64,000 nucleotides of DNA from Patescibacteria group bacterium. Its GTDB lineage: Bacteria; Patescibacteriota; UBA1384; CAJBMM01. This document shows positions 28,301-37,203 of this stretch, one piece after another. The stretch covers positions 70,197-134,196 of the forward strand of contig JBAZWC010000001.1 of the NCBI GenBank assembly GCA_041660565.1. The letters are read 5' to 3'. Every line of letters starts with the position of its first letter. Position 1 is the first letter of the stretch. The position numbers and the translations under genes were made by a program. The notes under the pieces are model-generated. The model did no database searches. It worked only from the letters and a program-made list of their open reading frames with translations, and was not told the DNA's origin.

Positions 28301-29120
28301 CCTTACCTCCGGGCTGCAGTTTGACGGGAGTAACGACTACGTTGTAGTCCCGGGTAATGCTGGTTTACGCATGACCACACTAACCCTTGAAGGTTGGATA
28401 AATACTACATCCGGTGCATCCAGTTATCCGCTTAACTATGGTGCTTACGGTTTCCAAATTAATAAATGGAGCTCAGGCGGTGCACTTAGCCTATTATTTA
28501 CTAATCAGTATGGGGTAGGAGAGGAATGTATATCGAATCGTTCGGTAAATGATGGGAATTGGCATCATATTGCCGGTACTATTGATCAAGCTAATAAAAA
28601 ATATTCTATCTACATCGATGGCGCTCTGAGTAAAGCGTGTACCATGAATGCCAATATTAAATACTCCTCAACCGAATCGTTGTATTTTGGAACTGGTAGT
28701 CCTACTGTTGGAAGGTTTAACGGCAAGTTAAATGAAATTAGGGTTTCAAACAATTTGCGATATACCGGGAATTATACTCCGAGTAATCACTTTAACACCG
28801 ATGCAAACACTATTGGTCTTTGGCACCTAGATGGTGTTGCCGGTAGCACCACTGCTACTGACTCATCCAGCAATGGCAACAATGGAACCCTAATGAATGG
28901 CGCTACTAACTCTCCACCTGCGAATGGTTCAACCGATGGCCCGGTTTGGCTGTACGACCCCGATACTGTTATTCCGCCGGTGAATGGACTGGTTTATGTC
29001 TATAACTCTACCAGCTCCGATTTTACCCCAACAGTATCAAGCGGTAAGTTTTCCCAATCCGGGATTGCGGTTGCTGCCGGTTCGTACACCATTCTAAGAT
29101 ATGTCACAGTAATTAAATAA
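25380..29120 (+). CDS. Very large (1246 aa) secreted/anchored glycine-rich repeat protein (beta-helix-like GGxGG tracts) with C-terminal LamG/concanavalin-A-like lectin domain
   Basis: N-terminal hydrophobic anchor; tracts GGGGGPANK, GGGGGMGYGGSG, LLGGGGGGGTDAG, SGGGGGSVIL; C-terminal LQFDGSNDYVVVPGN...LTLEGWIN...GNWHHIAG typical of LamG_3. Confidence 0.55.
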   Translation: MHKKLNQLKADLKFWLWKTKTLNAKRYVSIVVLVAMLVGVSIYSLGGIIKKVAAANAASVNLQTGSITVDGGNFLLDSNKCLWTTDSTSTISVVQKDGSNLNLPYNFKGKVCFDGVMSTPTTPQDVIVQNGGVLSLMGSHTFKTLTVNSGGTVTHPPADANGKAVPYGSRSFMYAMRFTFFVKVEAPAGDPTNIKRVYLKAPDSNDSIVIEAGGGALPGTSSVDDPAAFNLGLISWHANNGIGCNLMDASFRASSSCGGTLPAANFNTEAEVAVSRGGDSVRYVPIRVTTWQSTSDQFYKVGYRETLQIGAGAETQIANNPQYLPISYIYGPYEGPSSESGTLTGAADPAAQYKSRFEYAQAPIDQADYSSLGSNGWGLISKDLSTFRIWSSSQNRYVDQVAKPTYSFFSRVDLTNNGTFKDFGKYDCTGHCTNVNDAFYFDYNDPSRTSAGNPFSNSQRKDGYGYLIGANPGASTYDPLEPNVALLQNYKLQTHSDAAPVIKPSVTLHVTGAVTLNGGLIDTTNKGLPGGFTYGGPNNSDSKYGFAGVGGKGNSSPGWWYAYADCDNSNIGIQGSNWSDGNGGGGGPANKSCTDVIGLAGGGGGMGYGGSGKTYVDSNSDSVYNLNNTRGSYYSHGQGGAGLYGIGGGFAQNSGTGQYQAVANYDSMIHGYSYRERYTSSTAALLGGGGGGGTDAGAPTGVSQRFDDGSFPAGSGGGAILLTVDGDMTLSGNSTVSASGGNGWDVSNPGGGANHYATTSGGGGGSVILSVSGTINLANTSIIKANGGNTSGRCFASSGNECGVPGEGGGGLVRITASVFSGDGWIFAPNNYCDVNGAYVGILSNSVQAAAGRGTASGGSLVMADGSDAYGQVSEHGIVDLKYAGNIPFCGSGLGAGTGIQISKQIEQLSSAPAEGSAAVASANGNNVVTVTNGSILRVTITVSNLSTTNQTVTISDVLPKSTMTLGTTSPAVTLTSGLQFDGSNDYVVVPGNAGLRMTTLTLEGWINTTSGASSYPLNYGAYGFQINKWSSGGALSLLFTNQYGVGEECISNRSVNDGNWHHIAGTIDQANKKYSIYIDGALSKACTMNANIKYSSTESLYFGTGSPTVGRFNGKLNEIRVSNNLRYTGNYTPSNHFNTDANTIGLWHLDGVAGSTTATDSSSNGNNGTLMNGATNSPPANGSTDGPVWLYDPDTVIPPVNGLVYVYNSTSSDFTPTVSSGKFSQSGIAVAAGSYTILRYVTVIK

Positions 29121-29122
29121 TT

Positions 29123-30898
29123 ATGATGAAAACTTTACAGCAAAAAATTTCATTCTGGCTAATAGTTCTGGCATGTATCAGTTTGTCTGGGGTGATAAGT
29201 GCTATACCAAAATCACGCGCAGGTAGCTTAATTGCCATTACCAAATCTATCATCAATACCGCCGCGGCGGTCAACACCGATGCTAGCTATAGTTCAGTAG
29301 TTTCGGCGGTTAGCTCAAGCGATGTGTTGTTAGTTACGGTTACCGTAACTAACTACGGGTCTTCGCCAACTGTCACTATTAACGATAGTTATGCCGGTTT
29401 TTCTACTCCGGTTACAAATGGGACCGTCAGTGATACCGCGTTAGGATGGAGCGGTGGTGGTGGCTCATTTAGCTCAGTTAACAGTGTTCTGACTGTCACA
29501 TCGCCAACAATGGTTAGTGGTACCACTAAAAGTTTCTCCTACACCATTACCCCAGCTAATATGCCAAATAACAAACCTAGAATGTTGGCTCTACCAATTT
29601 CTACCACCTCATCTAATTTTGGTATAAGCCAAATGATGGACACGGTATATGTAATGGAATTGCCGAATTCAAGTGCGGCTGGTAGTTCGTTTGTGGCAAA
29701 TACTTATAACAACGCCAGTGGTGGAATTGACCTAAGTTTTGTGGTTCCGGCGGTGAGTGTTCTAATTGGCAACACCACGCTTTACAGCTCAACTACTACT
29801 CTATCTACACCAAAACAAGATTCAACCGTTACCGGAAATAATTCAACTGATTGTAATAGCATTACCATTAGTTACTCCCGTGGAGGTAGCTGTATGTACA
29901 ATACAACGGCTACGGTATCCACTGTAATCAACGCTAAAACTGTCACGGTTGGTAGCGCTTCGGCACAGGTGATGACGGTTCCACCAAGTGCAATTGTTGG
30001 GAACATCAAGGTTGGGGGGTCAACAGCGGCTGTTGGTAACGTTTTATTACCTGGCCAACATCTTAGCAGTAATACCGATAGTTCGTCTGCATCACAAAGT
30101 ATTGCGTATAGTATCGACTCAAATTCTGTCAGTGGATTGAAGGGTTCCGGAGACTCCGATGTTTTTGGTAACGTGTATCTAGATGCAAATCTGGCATTAG
30201 CCAAACGAAACCCTGACTTTTTGTTAGATAACGCCAGCTATACCTCATATGGAGACTTAATTAATGTTGGGGAAAGTAACATAAGTTTATCGTGTGCGGC
30301 TGGTGCGGGTAACAACTGTGGTGCCGGTGGTACTCCGGCAACTGCCAAATATGTGTTATCTGCTAAAAACGGCCTAAATTTTGACCTAAGCTCCATAAAA
30401 ATGTCTAACATTACATCTACGCCAAAAAACCCAAAGAACAGCGGCTATCTCTGGTATGTTAAGGGTGATCTTACTATTACCGGATTAGTTGCAAGCACCA
30501 CCATTACGAATGTTGGAATTGGTACCATATTTGTAGAAGGCAAACTAATAATTTCCGATCTTTCCGTTTCTGCCACTGGTAAGCCACTTGGGTTTATTGC
30601 AACCAACGGGATTGAATGGAAAATTGATAGAGCCGATGTTACTTCATCCACTTTAAATTCCGTGGCTTTCTTTAGTAACCTAGACTTTACAGCTTCCACC
30701 ATCGCCGCAAGTCAATCGCTGAAACTGGTCGGTAGTGTCGTGGCTCGTCAAACTGTTAGTTTTGCAGATGTAAAATTACCCAATATTTCGGATAATTTAA
30801 ATTTGTTAATTCAGTATGACCAAGCCTTAACCACAAATCCTCCTCCACGTATGTCAAAATTGGCTACTCAGCCAAGTGCAAGTGGCGTATCACAATAA
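29123..30898 (+). CDS. Secreted Ser/Thr-rich hypothetical protein (591 aa)
   Basis: Signal peptide LIVLACISLSGVISA; extremely S/T/N/V-rich, low-complexity. Confidence 0.5.
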   Translation: MMKTLQQKISFWLIVLACISLSGVISAIPKSRAGSLIAITKSIINTAAAVNTDASYSSVVSAVSSSDVLLVTVTVTNYGSSPTVTINDSYAGFSTPVTNGTVSDTALGWSGGGGSFSSVNSVLTVTSPTMVSGTTKSFSYTITPANMPNNKPRMLALPISTTSSNFGISQMMDTVYVMELPNSSAAGSSFVANTYNNASGGIDLSFVVPAVSVLIGNTTLYSSTTTLSTPKQDSTVTGNNSTDCNSITISYSRGGSCMYNTTATVSTVINAKTVTVGSASAQVMTVPPSAIVGNIKVGGSTAAVGNVLLPGQHLSSNTDSSSASQSIAYSIDSNSVSGLKGSGDSDVFGNVYLDANLALAKRNPDFLLDNASYTSYGDLINVGESNISLSCAAGAGNNCGAGGTPATAKYVLSAKNGLNFDLSSIKMSNITSTPKNPKNSGYLWYVKGDLTITGLVASTTITNVGIGTIFVEGKLIISDLSVSATGKPLGFIATNGIEWKIDRADVTSSTLNSVAFFSNLDFTASTIAASQSLKLVGSVVARQTVSFADVKLPNISDNLNLLIQYDQALTTNPPPRMSKLATQPSASGVSQ

Positions 30899-31100
30899 CG
30901 CCAAATTATAAATTTTAATAAGTTCGAATAAACGTAGACCACGCTTTAGCGTGTTTGGAAAACAGACTGACCTCCTACGCCAAGGCTACGGATGGTCAAG
31001 AAGTCTGGACTACGATCTTTAGAATTTACTTTGTTGTTACTTGCGCAATCATTAAGTATTGTCATATAATTAATAGTAGGAAATAGAGGGGCCAAACAGT

Positions 31101-31841
31101 ATGATAGATGTCGATCTGGTAACAAAACCAGGGTCTAATCAGCCTTTTCAGGGTGAGTCTTATTGGGGGATCGCCACTATTGTGGTGATTGTCTGTACTG
31201 TCGCGTCACTTGGTTTGCTAGGCTGGTATGTAATGAAAAATTCTTCTACTAAACAAAAGATCGCAAACCAAACCACTGAATCTGCCCGACTAGATGGTGA
31301 AATTTTGGCTGCCAATAAATGGCCGGTTGATACGGTTGAATTGCGATCAAAAGATCTGTTAGGTAGTTTAACCGAATATAAAACTTTGTTAAACAGTCGA
31401 CAGGCGTGGAGCAGAATTTTGCCGGTGGTTTCAGCTTCTACCCTAAATGGAATTAATCTAACCGGAATGAGCATAGATGGAAAACTCGCTCTCAAAATTG
31501 ATGGTACCGCATCCCCTATAAGCGGTGTGGATAACATTACGGCGTATGGAATGGTAGCTAGGCAGGTTATCTCATATCAAAATGCCAAAATTACTATATC
31601 TGATACGTCTGGCGCAACATCCACCACAGAAGTAGCCCCGGTGCTGGTATTTAGCAATGTGGCGTTGACCGCAATTAGTAAAAATTCCAAAGCAGCCACG
31701 CAAGACGCAACTCCAATAGACTCGGCGTTGTTCTCAATTAGCTTAAGCTTGAATCCCGAGATTGTTAAAGAATCGCCGCTTGCACTTCCGTCTACCACCA
31801 CTACTGCTTCACCGTCACCTAGTGCATCAGCTACCCCATAA
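31101..31841 (+). CDS. PilN-like pilus assembly membrane protein (tentative)
   Basis: Short cytoplasmic N-terminus, single TM (IATIVVIVCTVASLGLLGWYV), periplasmic domain; position directly upstream of the PilO-like gene. Confidence 0.35.
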   Translation: MIDVDLVTKPGSNQPFQGESYWGIATIVVIVCTVASLGLLGWYVMKNSSTKQKIANQTTESARLDGEILAANKWPVDTVELRSKDLLGSLTEYKTLLNSRQAWSRILPVVSASTLNGINLTGMSIDGKLALKIDGTASPISGVDNITAYGMVARQVISYQNAKITISDTSGATSTTEVAPVLVFSNVALTAISKNSKAATQDATPIDSALFSISLSLNPEIVKESPLALPSTTTTASPSPSASATP

Positions 31842-31856
31842 AACGAAAGGGATATT

Positions 31857-32453
31857 GTGACCAAGCAACAAAAAAATATTATCATGATTGCAATTCTGGT
31901 AGTTTTGAGTGCTTTTGCGCTTATCCAACTTTGGATTGGCCCGCTACTGCAAACAAATTTGACCCAGCTAAATCAGCTTAACGCAGATGTTAACGCAAAA
32001 ACTGCTCGCTTAAACACTATTAACAAGATTAAAGCGCCGTTAGCCGACCTGGAATCTGCAATGAGTGATATCGATAAAGTTGGTTTGCCAAAAGGAAACT
32101 CGTTGCCAGACTTAATTGAGCAAGTGGAAAATATTGTCGCCGGTACAAAAGATGCCGCCAGCAACCAACCATATTTTTCTGTTACCTCGTTTGTTCCTAA
32201 CTTAACCAACGCAGTTAACTCGGCGGGGGCGTCGGCATCAGCTAACTCGCTAGATTTCACCTTGGCTGTTAGAGGAAACCCAGACAATCTTGCTATATTA
32301 CTAGACGCGTTTAACAAGAACGTCCGCCCAATGTCAGTAAAAAGTATGACGCTTGCCCCCGATTCTACTTCTAGTGATGTGTTAGTAACCCTAACTATGA
32401 CGGCGTATAATGGTGCCGCATCGTCAACAAAATCTTCCACCGCAAGTCAATAA
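31857..32453 (+). CDS. PilO-like pilus assembly protein (tentative)
   Basis: N-terminal TM plus coiled-coil (LTQLNQLNADVNAKTARLNTINK) architecture typical of PilO. Confidence 0.4.
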   Translation: MTKQQKNIIMIAILVVLSAFALIQLWIGPLLQTNLTQLNQLNADVNAKTARLNTINKIKAPLADLESAMSDIDKVGLPKGNSLPDLIEQVENIVAGTKDAASNQPYFSVTSFVPNLTNAVNSAGASASANSLDFTLAVRGNPDNLAILLDAFNKNVRPMSVKSMTLAPDSTSSDVLVTLTMTAYNGAASSTKSSTASQ

Positions 32454-32471
32454 TACTTTAAGGATGACGTA

Positions 32472-32744
32472 ATGAAAAAATATATTCCAATTATCGTTAG
32501 CGTACTAATGGTTTTGGTGGTGGTAGGCGCCTTTGTGTATCAAAGAGGACTCTTTTTAGCTAGTCCGAGTATGGAACCGGTAATTACCAGTTCAACAACC
32601 GCTGATTTGTCGGCTGAATCAATTACCAGCGCCAAAAAAATGGCTGACTTGTATAAATCAAGCCTAAATAAAGTATCGTCAGTTCCGATTTCAATTGATA
32701 CTTTAAGCACTAACCCGAAGCCGTTATTTAAAGTTTCAGAATAG
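32472..32744 (+). CDS. Small membrane-anchored hypothetical protein
   Basis: 90 aa, N-terminal TM helix. Confidence 0.35.
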   Translation: MKKYIPIIVSVLMVLVVVGAFVYQRGLFLASPSMEPVITSSTTADLSAESITSAKKMADLYKSSLNKVSSVPISIDTLSTNPKPLFKVSE

Positions 32745-32751
32745 GTCTTAG

Positions 32752-35670
32752 ATGAGTGCGTGGCCAATCAAAAATGAAACTCAAAGCCGGGTTTTAAAGT
32801 TATTATCAACCTTGGTTGATTTAGGTTTTGTTAAATCTGAAGTAATTGACAACTTAAGAGCTGAGCTAAAACCGCTTCCATCCGAGGTTGAGCTGGTTGA
32901 GTATTTAGTTAAGCATTTGATTGCCGATTACGACCAGATTAATCGCGCCTATGCCACCTTATTAAAATTACCGTATTTGCAACTACCACAAGAGGTAAAT
33001 AAAGCGTCGCTCATAAAATTACCAAAAGCTGTTTGTGAAGAAAAACAGATGGTGGTTTATGGGACAAATGACAAAGAATGGGATATTGCGGTGGCAAAGC
33101 CGGCTTTATTGCAGGAGAGCCAATCCGGTGTTCTGACTAAATTATCTAAAGCAGAAAAGATCAAATATAAAATCGTAATTACTTCGCCTGATTCAATAAA
33201 AAGATGGCTTAATCAGTATCCGGATCAGAGGACGGAGGACGGAGGACAGAAGACAGAATCATCTCTGTCATTTCGACCCGGGGAGCTGGTTCGAGCGACC
33301 ACGTTGGAGAAATCTCAAGAAAGAATCCCTTCCACTTTAGCCAATTCAGAAAAAGCGGCGTTGATTGGTCGAGCGATTGACCCGAAAGTACTACATAAGA
33401 TTCCGGTGGCCATCGCAAAAGACGTTGGCATTATTGCATATCAGTTTAGAGATAATGTTTTTGAAGTTGCAACAGTAGATCCAATGAGTCAAAAAGTACT
33501 AAACGCTGTTCATTACATTCAAGATCATAACAACGTTAAAATCAATTTACACCATACATCGCGTGACGATATTGATTACGCTATTTCGCAGTATGGGCTT
33601 CATGACCGCATCTTTAACCAAAAAAATCTGTCCGGGCAGAAAATTGATCACGAGCTTTTGTTAAAAATACCTTACAATGTGGCAAAAAAGTATCGTTTTG
33701 TGGTGTTTGGTAAGATCATTACAAGCCAAGGATTAACTGACAATTCAATTTATCAAGTTGCGTCAGACAATCTAAATAATGCCGAGGCAAATATTATTTG
33801 GGGTTATATTGAAAAGAATAACGGGGTTACCCTGTATTTGTACCCAACCGATATCGGTAGCATTGACTACGCGTTGTCTTTATATCCGGAAACAACCGAT
33901 CACAAAGAACAGCTCGCGTTACCGGGCGTTAAAAAAGCTGAGTGGTTATTGCCGCCACCCGTTCCTCATAATCCAGTCCCTGCAACAGCAGCGGTAGTTA
34001 AACCGCAAGCCAAGCCTAACCCTCAAAACGAACAACCTTTGCCGCCCACAGATATACCGGAAGAAAAGCCATCTTTCTGGCCCAAATGGTTAGTTTCATT
34101 GTTTGGTGGTAAAAAAGACAACGAGATTATAATTTCGGAAGATCTTATCTCGCCACCAGGTACTGTACCGAACGCGGCTACATCGGCAATGTTAGGAAAT
34201 CCAAATCCAACTCAACCGCCAATACCGGTGCCGACAAAACCGGCAGAGGTAAAACCACCCGAACAAAAACCACCGAGTCCTGCTCCTGTTCCTCCAAAAC
34301 CCCCTGAAGAGGTGGCAATAGAGCAAAAGACATTTATTCTTAAGACTAAAGAACCCTATGGCGCCAAAGAGAAAGAAGCTGCCCCAAAGCCGGTGGGGGA
34401 AGAAGACGAAGATAACTTAGGGAGCTTGCTTGACCACGATGTAACTACTCTGGAAGAACTGCAGAAGATAATTCAAGAAGGATTTGTACCACGAGTGGTG
34501 GCAGCGCTAGTCAGTTATGCCATCACTTTACACGCCTCAGACGTTCATATCGAAGCAGAAGAAAAAGATGTCCGCGTGCGTTATCGTGTGGATGGTATGT
34601 TGCAAGACGTAATGCGATTACCGGTAGAACAACACGCTGCCATTATTAGTCGTATTAAAATATTGTCCAAGCTGAAAATTGACGAAACTCGTATTCCTCA
34701 AGATGGGCGATTTGACGTAGCGTTTAAAGATCGTGCGGTCGATTTGCGTGTATCATCTATGCCAACGGTGCATGGTGAAAAGATAGTTATGCGTATTTTA
34801 GACAAGACGCATGGTATCATGTCACTGGAAGATTTGGGTGTACTGGGTAGAGCATTTGACATTGTTATCGAAGCCATTAAAAAACCATATGGCATTGTGC
34901 TTTCAACTGGTCCAACCGGATCTGGAAAATCCACCACTTTGTATGCCATTTTAAACCGAATCTCGGTGCCTACGGTCAACGTAATCACACTTGAAGATCC
35001 GGTTGAGTATGAAATAGCCGGGGTTAACCAAGCGCAGATCAAACCAAAAATTGGTTTCACTTTTGCAGAAGGGTTAAGATCGGTTTTGCGCCAAGACCCA
35101 AATATCGTGATGGTGGGAGAGATTCGAGACGCTGAAACCGCCAGCATGGCTACCCACGCAGCCTTAACCGGTCACTTAGTATTATCTACCCTACACACCA
35201 ATGATGCTCCTGGTGCCCTACCACGTCTAATAAATATGGGTATTGAGCCATTCCTAATTACCTCGTCAATTAACTGCGTTGAAGCTCAGCGCCTGGTTCG
35301 TCGAATCTGTCCGAACTGTAAAGAAGAAGTTGAGCTGCCGGAAACGGTTATTAAAGAGATCACCGATGAGCTCAATAAGATACCGGAAAATAATCCCAAA
35401 GATCGTGCCCGGGTGACAAATCCGATGAAGTTCTATCACGGTAAAGGATGCGACAAGTGTCAAAACGGATATCGTGGGCGAATTGGTATTTACGAAGTGA
35501 TGGCCATGAGCGAAAAGGTGGAGCAACTGGCAATCGAAAAAGCATCTGCCGCCTCTATTCAAGCTCAGGCAATTAAAGAAGGCATGATTACCATGAAGCA
35601 AGACGGATTGCTAAAAGCACTAATTGGTATGACCACGGTTGATGAAGTGTTACGCGAAACCTCGGAGTAG
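32752..35670 (+). CDS. pilB: Type IV pilus assembly ATPase PilB/GspE family with extended N-terminal region (about 600 aa: repeated T2SSE_N-like segments and a Pro-rich linker)
   Basis: Walker A GPTGSGKSTT, Walker B/Asp box, His box, tetracysteine CPNC...CDKC; contains an in-frame repeat insertion at 33229-33336. Confidence 0.85.
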   Translation: MSAWPIKNETQSRVLKLLSTLVDLGFVKSEVIDNLRAELKPLPSEVELVEYLVKHLIADYDQINRAYATLLKLPYLQLPQEVNKASLIKLPKAVCEEKQMVVYGTNDKEWDIAVAKPALLQESQSGVLTKLSKAEKIKYKIVITSPDSIKRWLNQYPDQRTEDGGQKTESSLSFRPGELVRATTLEKSQERIPSTLANSEKAALIGRAIDPKVLHKIPVAIAKDVGIIAYQFRDNVFEVATVDPMSQKVLNAVHYIQDHNNVKINLHHTSRDDIDYAISQYGLHDRIFNQKNLSGQKIDHELLLKIPYNVAKKYRFVVFGKIITSQGLTDNSIYQVASDNLNNAEANIIWGYIEKNNGVTLYLYPTDIGSIDYALSLYPETTDHKEQLALPGVKKAEWLLPPPVPHNPVPATAAVVKPQAKPNPQNEQPLPPTDIPEEKPSFWPKWLVSLFGGKKDNEIIISEDLISPPGTVPNAATSAMLGNPNPTQPPIPVPTKPAEVKPPEQKPPSPAPVPPKPPEEVAIEQKTFILKTKEPYGAKEKEAAPKPVGEEDEDNLGSLLDHDVTTLEELQKIIQEGFVPRVVAALVSYAITLHASDVHIEAEEKDVRVRYRVDGMLQDVMRLPVEQHAAIISRIKILSKLKIDETRIPQDGRFDVAFKDRAVDLRVSSMPTVHGEKIVMRILDKTHGIMSLEDLGVLGRAFDIVIEAIKKPYGIVLSTGPTGSGKSTTLYAILNRISVPTVNVITLEDPVEYEIAGVNQAQIKPKIGFTFAEGLRSVLRQDPNIVMVGEIRDAETASMATHAALTGHLVLSTLHTNDAPGALPRLINMGIEPFLITSSINCVEAQRLVRRICPNCKEEVELPETVIKEITDELNKIPENNPKDRARVTNPMKFYHGKGCDKCQNGYRGRIGIYEVMAMSEKVEQLAIEKASAASIQAQAIKEGMITMKQDGLLKALIGMTTVDEVLRETSE
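33229..33336. repeat. In-frame repeat insertion within pilB: (GGACGGAGGAC)x3 microsatellite plus TGTCATTTCGACCCGGGGAGCTGGTTCGAGCGACCACGTTGGAGAAATCTCAAGAAAGAATCCCTTCC
   Basis: About 95% identical to the intergenic copy at 37072-37141; translated as ...QRTEDGGQKTESSLSFRPGELVRATTLEKSQERIPS... without interrupting the reading frame. Confidence 0.7.
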
Positions 35671-35688
35671 GCGGAGAGCGCAATTATT

Positions 35689-35872
35689 TGTCATTTCGAC
35701 CCGAGGAGATCGTCAGATCGACTACGTTGGCCTCCGGCTCGTAGACCCTCCGGGCGTAAGTCCTACGGGCTGGAGCCTACGGCTCGGAGAGAGAAATCTA
35801 AGCAAGAATCCCTTCCAGTTTTTTTTAAGATTTCTCCAACCGTTCGTGGAAGCTCACGGGGTCGAAATGACA
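35689..35872. repeat. Large composite palindromic element (TGTCATTTCGAC TIRs enclosing a CTACGG module and AGAAATCT..AGATTTCTCC)
   Basis: Read directly, between pilB and pilT. Confidence 0.7.
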
Positions 35873-35946
35873 GGTATTGGCATTTGCACAACCATCATTC
35901 TTAGCGTTATACTTAAGATGAAGTATCTTTTGAGGAGGGATAATTT

Positions 35947-37014
35947 ATGTCAGTTAATATGATTCCAGAAATGGAGCGTTTGCTTGATCAAACGATCGCA
36001 GCTAAGGCTTCGGACTTGCATATTGTAGTGGGTATCAACCCGACAATTAGAATTGATGGCGAGCTAACCCCACTAATGGACGAACCGTTAGTTGATGCCA
36101 AAATGGCCCAAACGCTTGTAACTGGAATACTTGACGCGGAGATGAATGACTCGTTGAATCAGCGCAAAGAAATTGACTTTTCTTTCGGTTATAAAGAGTA
36201 TCGTTTTCGTGCCAATGCCTATTTTCAAAGTAGTACTTACGCGTTGTCTCTTCGATTAATTACGCTGGAAATTCGGAATTTTACTCAATTAGGTTTGCCA
36301 CCGGTATTGGAACGATTTGCAGCCAGTGGGCAAGGATTAGTCATTATCACCGGTCCAACCGGGCATGGCAAATCCACCACCTTGGCCGCTATGATCAATC
36401 AAATTAACGAAGATCGCCGCGACCGTATCATCACCATAGAAGATCCTATTGAATACGTGTTTAAGCATAAAAAATCAATTGTTACCCAACGAGAGCTGGG
36501 GCAAGATACAAATTCATTTTCGCGAGCACTGCGAGCGGCGCTACGTGAAGATCCTGATGTGGTGCTAGTGGGTGAAATGCGAGATCTAGAGACAGTTGAA
36601 GCAGCCTTAACCATCGCTGAAACCGGTCACTTGGTATTTACCACCCTACACACCAACTCGGCTGCTCAAACCGCCGATCGTATTATCGACATTTTCCCGC
36701 CACACCAACAAGCGCAGGTTCGAGCCCAGTTAGCCAGCGTGCTACTCGGCGTGGTATCGCAGCGTTTAATCGCTAAAATTGGTGGTGGGCGTACGGTGGC
36801 GGTTGAGTTAATGATCGCTAACTCGGCGGTGCGAAACACTATTCGTGAAGGTAAAACTCACCAATTGCCAAACATTATTCAAACCAGTGCTGCCGAGGGT
36901 ATGATAAGCTTAGACAAAGTCTTGGCCGAATTGGTCAGTAAGGGTGATATTACAATTGATAATGCCTTATTATGGTCCATGGATCCGAAAGCATTAAAAA
37001 TGATGGTTTATTGA
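35947..37014 (+). CDS. pilT: Twitching-motility (retraction) ATPase PilT
   Basis: 355 aa; Walker A GPTGHGKSTT, PilT-type motifs; lacks the zinc tetracysteine of PilB. Confidence 0.85.
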   Translation: MSVNMIPEMERLLDQTIAAKASDLHIVVGINPTIRIDGELTPLMDEPLVDAKMAQTLVTGILDAEMNDSLNQRKEIDFSFGYKEYRFRANAYFQSSTYALSLRLITLEIRNFTQLGLPPVLERFAASGQGLVIITGPTGHGKSTTLAAMINQINEDRRDRIITIEDPIEYVFKHKKSIVTQRELGQDTNSFSRALRAALREDPDVVLVGEMRDLETVEAALTIAETGHLVFTTLHTNSAAQTADRIIDIFPPHQQAQVRAQLASVLLGVVSQRLIAKIGGGRTVAVELMIANSAVRNTIREGKTHQLPNIIQTSAAEGMISLDKVLAELVSKGDITIDNALLWSMDPKALKMMVY

Positions 37015-37071
37015 TAATAATTTGAAATTTGAAATTTGAAATTTTTAAACCATAAGGAATTGTTTTTCAGT

Positions 37072-37141
37072 TGTCATTTCGACCCGGGGAGCTGGTTTGA
37101 GCGACCACGTTGGAGAAATCTAAGAATAAATCCCTTCCAAG
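37072..37141. repeat. Half-element repeat (same sequence as the pilB in-frame insert)
   Basis: ttgtcatttcgacccggggagctggtttgagcgaccacgttggagaaatctaagaataaatcccttcc. Confidence 0.65.
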
Positions 37142-37203
37142 ATTCTACCACGCCCCAACATCCCCAATTTCCCTAACCACCCTAACGTAATCTTGGAGTC
37201 ACA

